The notes under the pieces: model-generated
The model's input: the letters and a program-made list of their open reading frames with translations, nothing else
Database searches by the model: none
What the model was told of the DNA's origin: nothing
Shown: positions 32,704 to 43,035 of the stretch, one piece after another
Position numbering within the stretch: position 1 is the first letter of the stretch
How the letters are laid out: each line of letters begins with the position of its first letter
Translations under genes and position numbers: made by a program
Source: Thecamonas trahens ATCC 50062
Taxonomy: Eukaryota > Protista > Apusomonadida
Assembly (NCBI RefSeq): GCF_000142905.1
Contig: NW_013657664.1
Coordinates: forward strand, 124,001-188,000
Reading direction: 5' to 3'
DNA length: 64,000 nucleotides

Positions 32704-33276
32704 ACTATGGAATACTGTGTGTGTGTGGAGGGGGGGAGAGAGAGAGAGGGAGAGAAAGGGTGGGAGGAGAGGAGGAGGAGGGACCTGGGCGGCAGGTGGC
32801 AGGGGGCGGGGAGGAGGGAGTCTGTCTGCCCGCCATCACAGCGTGCGTGGATGGGGGAAAAAAAAGGTCGTGGATGGGAGAAGAGCAACTGCTCGTGGAA
32901 AGGGGTGCAGGGCGGGGGCAAGGGGGGGGGGGGGGGGGTTACGGGGGAAGGGGGGAAGGGCAAGGGGGGTAATTCTCTTTATTAAGTCTCTCTCCTACCC
33001 TACCCTTTGTGGCCTTGTGGTGGGAGGCGGGTAGGTTGGGAGGAGGGGGGGGGGGGGGGGTACGGGGGGTGGGAGGGGGAGGGGAGAATGGCATGGCTCG
33101 TGGCGGCAGCAGTGGTGGCAGGTGCGCAGGTGAGTAATCACCCCACCCACGATGGGGTGTGTCGTGGGTGGGTGGCTGTGCGCTGACCCAACTCACTACA
33201 TACGGCATGCTCATAACTATGGCCGATGACGGACAACGTGGTCTGATTGGTGCGTGCGGAGGTGTTCAGCGCAAGA

Positions 33277-34443
33277 ATGGACTACCTCCAAGTAGTGCTG
33301 GCACTGATGATTGTGACGTTCTCGCTCGGCCTTGGGGCGACGCTATCGATGACGGCGCTGGCGGATGTGATGCGGCGAGCAAAGAAGCAAGTTTTGGTTG
33401 GCTTCTCCTCGCAGTACGGGTTCATGCCGCTCATGGCGTATCTGATGGCCCGATGGTCCGGGATGTCGGCGGCCAAGGCCGTGGGCCTCATTCTGGTTGG
33501 CTCTGCTCCCGGCGGGACGACGTCCAATCTGTTTGTCTACATGTCGGCCGGCGACCTGGCGCTCTCCATCGTCATGACTGTCTGCTCGACGCTGGCGTCG
33601 TTTGGCACCCTCCCCCTCCTGGTCCTCATCTACATCGAGTCGACGTTTGCCACCGAGGCGGTCCGTATTCCGTGGCTCATTCTCGGCCTTTCGCTGTTGC
33701 TGGTTGTTATTCCGGTCGGCTGCGGTATCTTTCTCAAAACCAAGTCGGACAAGTACGCGCTGTATGCTGAGAAGATTGGCTCGACTGTCGGCGGCCTGTT
33801 TATTCTGGCTGCCATCATCATCGGCATCGCCACCACCGATGTCTTCAAGTCTTCCGCCACCGAGTGGGTCATCTCGGGCCTGATGGAGCCGCTCGGCGCC
33901 GCCTTTGGCTACGGCGTCGCCGCCCTTCTTGGCCTGCATCCCCGCGATTGCAGAACGGTCTCGCTCGAAACCGGTGTCCAAAACTCAGCCCTGGCCATCT
34001 CGATTGTGGCGCTCTCGTTTGACGACCCCACAGTTCGCGACGAGGTTCTCACCTTTCCCATCCTGTACTCGTTCTGGTACTGTGTCCACTCGATCTGGCT
34101 GGTGGCGCTCTTCCGGTTTGTGCTTTCTAAGCGCGATCCGCCACGCAGCGACGAGACCGCCCTCATCGACGATGAGGTGAGAAAGGACGATGCAAGCAGC
34201 AGCAGTTCGGCCAGCGCCCAAAACACTGCCCGCGCCGCCACAGAAAGCAGCGCGTACGAACCGGGCGATGCGACGTACGAGTACCTCGGCTCCGGATCGA
34301 CAACATCCGATACCGAGATCCTTGAACGGCCCACGCCCGACAAGCCCACAGGCGCACACACAGGTCTGACACCTGGTCCACCGGATAGCAGCAGCAACGC
34401 GTCGCGCTCCCTCTCGGGGTCGTACTCGTCAACCTGGTCGTGA
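33277..34443 (+). CDS. SLC10/BASS sodium:bile acid symporter family transporter (possible short upstream exon near 33088-33129)
   Basis: QYGFMPL, SAPGGTTSN, GDLALSIVMT and RTVSLETGVQNSALA. Confidence 0.92.
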   Translation: MDYLQVVLALMIVTFSLGLGATLSMTALADVMRRAKKQVLVGFSSQYGFMPLMAYLMARWSGMSAAKAVGLILVGSAPGGTTSNLFVYMSAGDLALSIVMTVCSTLASFGTLPLLVLIYIESTFATEAVRIPWLILGLSLLLVVIPVGCGIFLKTKSDKYALYAEKIGSTVGGLFILAAIIIGIATTDVFKSSATEWVISGLMEPLGAAFGYGVAALLGLHPRDCRTVSLETGVQNSALAISIVALSFDDPTVRDEVLTFPILYSFWYCVHSIWLVALFRFVLSKRDPPRSDETALIDDEVRKDDASSSSSASAQNTARAATESSAYEPGDATYEYLGSGSTTSDTEILERPTPDKPTGAHTGLTPGPPDSSSNASRSLSGSYSSTWS

Positions 34444-34460
34444 TGCGGAGAGTGTGGTGT

Positions 34461-35245
34461 TTAGTGGTCGAGCAGCGGCTCGATAACCGGAAAGACATCG
34501 GGCGAGATGAGAGCAGCGACCTCAGCCTTAGTGGCCCATGCGTAGCCGACGAGGCCCTCATCAGCGTTGGGCACAATGTCGGAGCCGTTGTCGCCAAGAT
34601 ACCACGCCCGGTAGAAGAAAACTCTTGTGGCCATAGGTGCGGTGTCCGGGCGGTACTCGACGTGCGCCGACGGGCGTTGGAGACAAAGTAGACCGGCGCC
34701 TCATCGCCGACCTCCTCCTTAAGCTCACGCTCGGCCGTCTGGCGCATAGTCTCACCGTCCTCCCAGCCACCCTGCGGGAACTGCCACGGATGATCGTCGC
34801 GGTCCTTGCGGAGGAGCAGATACAGCGAGGCGTCGACAGCCCGGGCCGTCGTCTGCAGCTCGCCAGCATCCGCCGCCGCACGCGTCGCCGCAGCATCAAC
34901 CTCGCCCACTGGCACCGCCAGATCCAGCGCAGGCGTCTCGTACTTGTCCCAGAACGAGGTGCCCACCGCCGGCCCTGCGCCAGCCGGCGGCACTGCGCCG
35001 GCAGCGTCCGATCCCGCCTCTGCCGACCGCCGGTCAGCGTAGACCTCCGCTGGGAAGGTCTTGCGAGTCTCAGCTGCTTTGCTCTCAGCCAGTGCCTTGT
35101 ATGCCGCCACAGCCGGCGGGTCCGCCTTAGCCACCAGCGGGAAGCGCTGCAGAATGGTGGCGCCCACCAGCCTGGCGTCTGCTGCGCCCGACGCGGCACG
35201 GGCCAGCCACCGAAGCGGGAAAGAGGTGACGCCCTGACGAAGCAT
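34461..35245 (-). CDS. MRPL46: mitochondrial ribosomal protein mL46 (Nudix fold); apparent 1-nt deletion at 34672-34674
   Basis: Arg-rich presequence, ILQRFP, TTARAVDASLYLLL, WQFP..GETMRQTAER, then VYFVSNAP...VFFYRA..YAW after adding one C. Confidence 0.82.
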
Positions 35246-36489
35246 GTAAGATGGATGTGTGTGAAAGGAGGGGGGGGGGGGGGGGGGGAGGGGGGGGAAG
35301 TGGGATGTGGTTTGGTTCAGTCGGTCGGGCGCTTTGCGGTGAGTGGTGCTGGGCGGTGGGATGGGGGTGAGTGACCGACGGGCGGGGGGAGGGGGGGGGG
35401 GGGGGGTCAGCGCGTGGAGCGATCTGGACAGGANNNNNNNNNNNNNNNNNNNNNNNNNNNNNNNNNNNNNNNNNNNNNNNNNNNNNNNNNNNNNNNNNNN
35501 NNNNNNNNNNNNNNNNNNNNNNNNNNNNNNNNNNNNNNNNNNNNNNNNNNNNNNNNNNNNNNNNNNNNNNNNNNNNNNNNNNNNNNNNNNNNNNNNNNNN
35601 NNNNNNNNNNNNNNNNNNNNNNNNNNNNNNNNNNNNNNNNNNNNNNNNNNNNNNNNNNNNNNNNNNNNNNNNNNNNNNNNNNNNNNNNNNNNNNNNNNNN
35701 NNNNNNNNNNNNNNNNNNNNNNNNNNNNNNNNNNNNNNNNNNNNNNNNNNNNNNNNNNNNNNNNNNNNNNNNNNNNNNNNNNNNNNNNNNNNNNNNNNNN
35801 NNNNNNNNNNNNNNNNNNNNNNNNNNNNNNNNNNNNNNNNNNNNNNNNNNNNNNNNNNNNNNNNNNNNNNNNNNNNNNNNNNNNNNNNNNNNNNNNNNNN
35901 NNNNNNNNNNNNNNNNNNGGGGGGGGGGGGGGGGCGAGCGCGTGGAGCGATCTGGACAGGATGCGTGATTGGGCGGCAGGAAAGTAGTATTCAGGGGATA
36001 GGGGGAGTGATGGGTGACGGGATATGTGTTGGGAGGGAGAGTTATGCGCGGGGGAGGGGGGGATTGGTCGCGATGCGGGGATCGGGGTGGTCTGGTCCGG
36101 CGAGGGGGGGGATCCCTCACACTCTACCTGCTCCCGGCTCTCCCTCCTTGGACACAACAGATACGGCCAAAGCGGGCATAGTTCCGAGAACTATACTTCC
36201 TCATGCCTAAAGTACATCAATCGCCACATTCTCTTCCATCCCAAACCACAGCCGTACTCCGATCCCTCCTGCCATGCCCGTTCCCAGTAGCCAATAACCC
36301 CCGTCGTCCCCAGCCCAGGTTGAGTCGCACAGGACGGAGTATGAGGACGAGATGACCAGCTCGGCCACACCTCGCTCACGTCGCCAGCACAGACACACAC
36401 GCATACGCACGCAAACGCACGCGCACGCACTGTTACCACAGCAGACAGGCAGACGCATCTAACCACTTTCACCAAGAGACTCGCACGGC

Positions 36490-38146
36490 ATGGCTGTAGA
36501 GGCGACCAAGCTGGCGGCCGAGCCTCCGCAGCGGTCTGTCCGTGGGTATGACGAGGACGGGCTGAAGGTAGGTGGATGGGAGGGAAGCGGGAGGGGCAGG
36601 AAAGGAGGGCGCCGGGGATGGCTATGGCTCACGTGTAGGTGCTGGATCGGATGGCGGATGTGGGTGTGTCGGGCAGCACGAGGTCGATGCGGCAGTGGCA
36701 GAGGGGATGAAGGCGAGGGAGGTGGCGGAGAGGGCGTGCAAGGAGAACGACTTTGCTATGGTTCAGTACCTGTTGGAGAGTGGGGCGGTGAGCATCGATG
36801 AGCCCGTCGATGGCTACGGCAATCGGATCGCCCACTATGCTGCGCTCAAGAGAAACGTCGGCGCCCTGCGGATGGCGCTCATCGCCGGCGCAGACGTCAA
36901 CATGTGCAACGATGACGGATCGTCGGTGGTGCGGTCGGCGGCAGTCGGCGGGTGCGCCGAGGTGGTAGCGGTGCTTCTGGCAGCAGGCGCCGATCCGAAC
37001 GTGGGCTCGGACTCGGGATCGACACCGCTGCATCAGGCGGTTGATCGCGGGTTTGCGGGCGTGGTCAAGGTGCTGCTCGACGGCGGAGGCGACCACAACA
37101 AGTGTGACAAAGCTGGGCGGACACCGCTGATGGTGGCTCTGTCCAAGTGGCAGGGCCACACGCTCGAGGCTGCGGCGGCGTCAGTCGACCTCATGATCGA
37201 CGCTGGCTCGATCGACTGGACCCAGCGCGACGGCGAGGCCAACTCGATCCTACACTTTGCTTGCCAGAATGGCAAACTGGCGTCAATTGTAGACGTGCTC
37301 CCGACACTGTCGCCGTCGGCATTTGAGGCCAATGCAAGTGGCGAGACTCTGCTGCATGCTGCAGTGACCAACGCCGACAATAGCCGATGGCTGGCGGCGC
37401 TGACCAGCCTGCCGCTACTGGATCCGTGTGCTCGAGACGCGGCAGGCAACACTGTGTTGCACCGCATCTTTGCCACACGCGCTGACGAGCCGGACCAGCG
37501 AGTCGCCGGCATGCTGGACGCGCTGTTTAGCGTGTACGGAGCGCGTCTCGACGCGCTAGTCAATGAGTTTAACGCCGACGGTGTGACGGCGCTTCTCCTC
37601 GCGCTGACCAACGATGCTGTTCCCGACGCGCTGCAGATCCTCGTCGACCATGGCGCAGACGTTGGCCTCGAGCCTCTGCGTGGAGCAAAGTATCCGTCGA
37701 CCGGGGCCAACTCGCGCAAGCTCTCCCCGCTGCTTTACGCCATCAAGCACAAGCACGTGGCGGTGGTTGAGGTCCTCCTTACCGCGCCGGGTCTTGACCC
37801 CGACGCTGTCACCGTCCGCGGCTCGGGGAGGACCGCGCTTCATGTGGCGGTCAAGACCGGCGACGTGGCCAAAGTTGGCGCGCTTCTCGACTCCGGCGCC
37901 GATATGTTCCGCGCCGACAAGGCCGGCAAGACGCCAAGCGACCTCGCCCGCAAGGCCGAAGTGGTGGCACTCCTCGAGAAGCGCGGCGGGCGCAAGCGGC
38001 CGCGAACTGATGACGAGACTCTACCGCCGCGCAAGGAGGCTGCGCTGCCGCCATGGAAGCGGCGCAAGTATCGGCAGCTGGCGCCTGCAGCCGCGGCGCC
38101 TGAACCAGTAGCAGCAGAAGATGAGGCGGGAGCTGGTGCTCCGTGA
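36490..38146 (+). CDS. ankyrin-repeat protein with basic NLS-like tail; exons 36490-36567, 36677-38146
   Basis: About 10 ankyrin repeats ([36 protein letters not shown]); phase-0 intron. Confidence 0.85.
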
Positions 38147-38155
38147 GGCGACGGT

Positions 38156-39748
38156 TTACTTTCTCTTGCCGCCCTTACCACCCTTGCCCTTCTTCTTGCC
38201 CTTCTTGCCGGACGGGGCCTGTTCCTTGATTTCGACAGACTTGATGACGCCAACAGCGACAGTTCGGCCCATGTCGCGGACGGCAAAGCGGCCGAGAGGG
38301 GGAAGGCGGTAAAGGGCTCCACGCACATGGGCATGAGCGGAACAAGGCGGACGAGGGCGGCGTCGCCGACGGCAATGGACCGCGGTGACTCCTCGACAAC
38401 CTTGCCGGTCCGCTTGTCAAGCTTGGAAATGAGCTCATCAAAGCGGCAGACAATGTGAGCGGTGTGGCAGTCGATCATGGGCATGTAGCCTGTGGAAATG
38501 AACAACGGGTGGTTGAGGACAATGATCTGGGCCACAAACGAGCCGACCTCCTGGGCCGGGTTGTCGTTGGCGTTGGACGCCACAAAGCCGCGCTCGATAT
38601 CGGAGATGCCAAGGCTTTTGACGTTAAACCCAATACTGTCCCCGGCGTTGCCGGCTTCCAGCTGCTCGTGGTGCATCTCAACCGACTTGCACTCGGCAAC
38701 AGCACCCGAGGGCGCAAACTGGATAGCCATGCCCGGCTGGATGACGCCGGCTTCGACTCGCCCGACCGGGACAGTGCCAAGGCCGTCAATGACATACACG
38801 TCCTGAACGGGGATGCGGAGCGGACGCTCGGTCGCCCGCGTCGGCGCCTTGATGCTGTCCAGCGCCTCCAGCAGCGTCGGCCCTGTCCACCATGACATGT
38901 TGCTCGACGGCTCGAGCATGTTGTCACCAGTCCAGCCCGAAATGGGGACAAAGGTGACCTTCTTCGGGTTGTACCCGACCTTCTTGATGGCGCTCTTGAC
39001 CTCGGCCACGATCTCCTCAAACCGCTGCTGCGAGAACTGGACCGAGTCGGCGTCCATTTTGTTGACCGCCACAATTAGCTGCTTGACGCCGAGCGTGTAC
39101 GCGAGCAGCGCGTGCTCGCGCGTCTGCCCGTCCTTGGAGATGCCAGCCTCGAAGCCGCCACGGGTCCCGTCAATGACCAGCACGGCGCAGTCGGCCTGCG
39201 AGGTTCCTGTGATCATGTTCTTGATAAAGTCGCGGTGGCCCGGTGCGTCGATGACCGTCACATAGTAGTTGTTCGTCTCAAACTTCCACAGCGAGATGTC
39301 GATGGTGATACCCCGTTCGCGCTCAGACTTGAGCTTGTCCAGCACCCAAGCGTACTTGAACGAGCCTTTGCCGGCCTCACCTGCCTCCTGCTCAAACTTG
39401 GCGATCTGCCGAGCGTCGATCCCGCCGCACTTGTAGATTAGATGCCCTGTTGTTGTCGACTTGCCCGAGTCCACATGTCCGATCACCTACTCGCGTGCAA
39501 CCACAGCAACACCCACCCTCGATGAGTCTCCCGCCAGTATCGGCCACAACTCACGACCCATCAGTTGGCCATCCGTCAGTCAGGTTCGTCGGCCCACAGC
39601 TCAGACCATTCCTTGGCTCATCGCTCGGGCCCTTTGTCGGTCGGAGGGAAGGGGGAAGGGGGGTGGGGGGGGGGGGAAGGGAGCGGAAGGAAGGCAAAGG
39701 GACACATACCACAATGTTGATGTGGGTTTTCTCATTGGTGGCCGCCAT
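38156..39748 (-). CDS. EF1A: translation elongation factor 1-alpha, divergent in domains II/III; exons 39748-39710, 39486-38156; apparent 1-nt deletion at 38298-38302
   Basis: [22 protein letters not shown] and VEMHHE; [11 protein letters not shown] is restored by adding one C; no opisthokont insertion ([15 protein letters not shown]). Confidence 0.93.
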
Positions 39749-39791
39749 GGTGGGACGCGCTGTGCCGAAAGAGAAGTGGAGGTGTGTGTGA

Positions 39792-39792
<1 letters not shown>

Positions 39793-39834
<42 letters not shown>

Positions 39835-39890
39835 GCACTGGACCGATGTGGGACATAGGCAGAGGCAGAGGCAGAGGCAGAGGCAGAGGT
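39793..39890. repeat. (TG)n and (GGCAGA)n microsatellites upstream of EF1A
   Basis: Seen directly. Confidence 0.85.
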
Positions 39891-39974
39891 AGAGACACAG
39901 CTGGTCAAGCTACGGGCAATCCCACTCCCAAGTCATCGCAGTATCTCTCTAGCTGCTGCTTCATGGCAATGGCA

Positions 39975-41277
39975 TCACTTCTTTCGCGAGGCCGTGAGCG
40001 AGACGGCCGAGGTCTTGCCGACCTCGTCCTCGGCAACGAGCGAGTCGCGAAGCATGGCCTGGGTGTCCTTGGACGAGCCAGTGCGCAGCTGCGTGGTAAA
40101 GAGCGCTCGCATCTGGGGCCGTACTGAGGCGCGGACCTCCTGGCGAAAAGTGTGCAGGCCGAGATGCGGGGTGGTGCGGAGGACAGCGCCGAGGGCATCG
40201 CGCGACTCGTCAGCGACATCGGCGACGACGTCGGCGACATACGAGTCGCCATGCATGCCCTGCCATGCCCCGAGCCCCGACGCGTTGAGTTTGTGACGGG
40301 CTCCTACCCGTGACGCAACGGTCGGAGATATTCGCACCACCGACTGGCCGTGAGCGCTTCGTCTCGGCCCGGACGGAGAATGGAGCGAGCGGGCTCCGGG
40401 CGTCAGCGCCCGGGACCGCGGCGGCGAACGCGGCGCTGACGGGCTTGCCGAGCTGGCTCCTCCTCGGAGTGGCGACGGAACAACCCGAACGTGGTAGTGG
40501 CGATAGGTGTGAGGTGAAGGCGTCGAGACGCCCTTGGACACCAACACGTCCTGAAGCGGATCGCGATCGCCGGTAAATCTCGCCTCGGCCGAGGCATGCG
40601 GCGACGGTGAGGACTGGACGCGGCTCACGTTCCCGCGGTTACGTCTGCCTCTGGCCGACTTGCTCTTCTTCCTGCGCCGCCGCTGCCGCTGCGGTCGAGG
40701 CTCGCGGCCGTCAACGGACACAGCGGCAATCAGGTGCGCAGCCCACACCCGGCTCGTCCGCTGCCGGCCACCCTCAGCCCGCTTCCGCACCTCATCGCAC
40801 TCGGACCGCAGCACGTCCGACTCGGGCATGATCGAGCACACATGCTCATACGCGTCTAGAGCCTGCGGCCAGTGCTCTGCTGCCGCCAGCACCTTGGCCA
40901 GAGTATGGAGCGCCACAATGCGCTCCGGATCGCGAAAGTCGACCGAGTCTGCAAACGCCGCACATGCCAGATGTGCATCCGTCAGCGCCAACTGATTCAT
41001 CCGCAAGTGCATAAAGCACTCGGCCCGGCGCACAAGCGCCATCACGTACTCGGGGTCGATCTCCAGGATCTATCCACCTCCCATCACCGCGTCCATCGTC
41101 CACACCATCATGATCCACAATGAGTCTCCCCACCCTCTCCCTCCATCCTCCTCCTCCCCCCATCTTCCTCCTCGCTCTCCTCACTCTACATACCTCCGAG
41201 TACACCCGTGAGGCGGCCATGTACTCCCCTTCCTCAAAGGCATCCTCGCCAGCGTTGAACAGCTCGTCCACGTCCAT
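39975..41277 (-). CDS. TPR-repeat protein with low-complexity C-terminal half; exons 41277-41194, 41069-39975
   Basis: ELFNAGEDAFEEGEYMAASRVYSE/ILEIDPEYVMALVRRAECFM...ALHTLAKVLAAAEHWPQALDAYE; phase-0 intron. Confidence 0.72.
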
Positions 41278-41760
41278 GCCGTTGCCTGTTGAGCTTTCCG
41301 TCAGAACTAGCCTGTCGCCAATCTGTTCCTCTCCTCTGATCAGCCTTGCTTGTCTCGTCGGCCACTCAGACTCGTCCTGTATCGCCGGCTCCAGTCGGCT
41401 AGCGGTCTGTCGCCAATGGCCCGTGCAACCGCCTGCGGACACCGACTCGGGCACGCCTGCGGAGAGAGTGTGAGGGGTACAGCAGCCCTTCGGAGAGGCA
41501 AGTACAGTTGTTCCTCTTCCCTTGCTTGCAAAGATTGTTGCTTGCTGGCGCGTGGCAGAGGCAAGTGTTTTGCAGTAAGCAAGGGGTAGGAGAGGGGGAG
41601 GAAGACGAGGAGTGGTCAACGGACAGCCGCTCACCCTCAGCTCGGAGCACCGCGGAGGCTACAAGGCACCGCGAGCACTGCTCGCCGTCATCCACTTAGG
41701 AACTCATTTACAGCACCCCGGGATGCAAAGCGATGAAGAATACAATTGGCAATGATGGCT

Positions 41761-42605
41761 TCAGGAGAGGTCATGGATGATTGGATCGGCGACAGCCACC
41801 TCGAGCTCGAAGGCATCGACGCGGGCAAACTCGGCGATGAGGCGAGCTTCTTCGGCGGCGGAAGCAGCAGTCCACTCGGCCTGGAAGGCAGCAGTCTTTT
41901 GAATCCGCTTGCGCTTGCGGGTCCGCCGCTGAGCAGCGCGCTCGGCGGCAGCGGCACGGATCTGCTCGGCGGCCTGCTCGCGAGCGCGGGCGCGGACCCG
42001 GGCGGTGGAAGCGGCGGCCACACGCCGCGACTTGCGAAGCGAGGTCCGCCCGCCCACAGGCTCGGTCTCATCAGCACCGGCCATGACACTCAGCTCGGTG
42101 CGGGCCGGCGAGGTCAGAGTGCGGGCCATCGAGCGACTCATCATCATTGATGCCGCCCGCGAGTTGGCAAACAGCGGCGCAGAGACCGAGACCTCCGAGT
42201 CCTCGGCAGCAAGCGCCGCTAGCGTTGACTCACCCATCTCCTCCGATGAGTCCAGCAGCAGGTCACGGAGCATCGAGTCGTTCGAGCCGATCGAGAGCTG
42301 CGCCAGGAACGAGAGTTGTCGAGCTTGGCCAGCAGCGACTCATCACCCATGGCTGACACATCGATGTCGTCGTCCGACTCGCTGCCTGACTCGCTGCCTC
42401 TTGCCTCGGGCCGCGTCTCTTTTCCACGCACTGGCGAGATCTTGAGCTCATTCAAGTCCAGCCCGCCGCCAAGGCCGCGGAACCGCTTCGACGCCCGCCG
42501 AAGGCTCCCGGAGGCCAGCGACTTGCGGCCGTACGTCATTGAGACGTTCCCACCCGCCGCACCCTGACCACCACGCCCAATGTTGGTCACCTCTTCAAGT
42601 GGCAT
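41761..42605 (-). CDS. sororin-like protein (N-terminal PLEEVTN and TYGRK motifs, C-terminal W...F..VDAFELEV); apparent 1-nt deletion at about 42313
   Basis: Two ORFs are joined by adding one base; the C-terminus AEWTAA...LIAEFARVDAFELEVAV follows a basic RKRKR stretch. Confidence 0.55.
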
Positions 42606-43035
42606 TGTTCCCTCACACACCACGTAGCGTCTCGAGTTGCGAGTGCAGTGCGTGCGCGTACCCTTCCTTTCCCCCCCCCCCCCCCCCGCCCCCCCGCCGC
42701 CGCGCCAACAGCAAAAGTTTGAATGCAGTTTGGATCTCCCCTCCCCGGACGCCACGCGGCATCTAGCCATCACTGCGATGTCAGGTCCTTCTATCTTACA
42801 TCAACTCGTCTTCAAGAGCTACTTGGGACACCTGCACATGTGGATCGGTGGTCCTGGCTCCATCGAAATAGGTGGCCGATGTCGAGGTCGCATCCAAGTC
42901 GAGGTCGAGGTTGACAGCCCCAGCTCGTCCCGCCCAGCAAATCTGTGGCAACGTTCCTGGTCGGCGGGCAGGAGAAGCGCCCGGCCCGAAGCTGCTTCAG
43001 CACACAGCACCTCACTTTGCCCGAGCTCGAAGGCT

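Noticed and set aside
35407-35961. Direct repeat AGCGCGTGGAGCGATCTGGACAGGA on both sides of the N-gap, resembling an LTR or target-site duplication
   Set aside because: Both copies follow a poly-G run at contig ends; most likely an unmerged contig overlap.
42637-43035. N-terminal extension of the CAP-LIM ORF; similar extensions on ORFs starting at 45281, 60709, 27273, 8010 and 11026
   Set aside because: Low-complexity promoter or UTR sequence read through from non-ATG or upstream starts; the recognisable protein begins at downstream ATGs.
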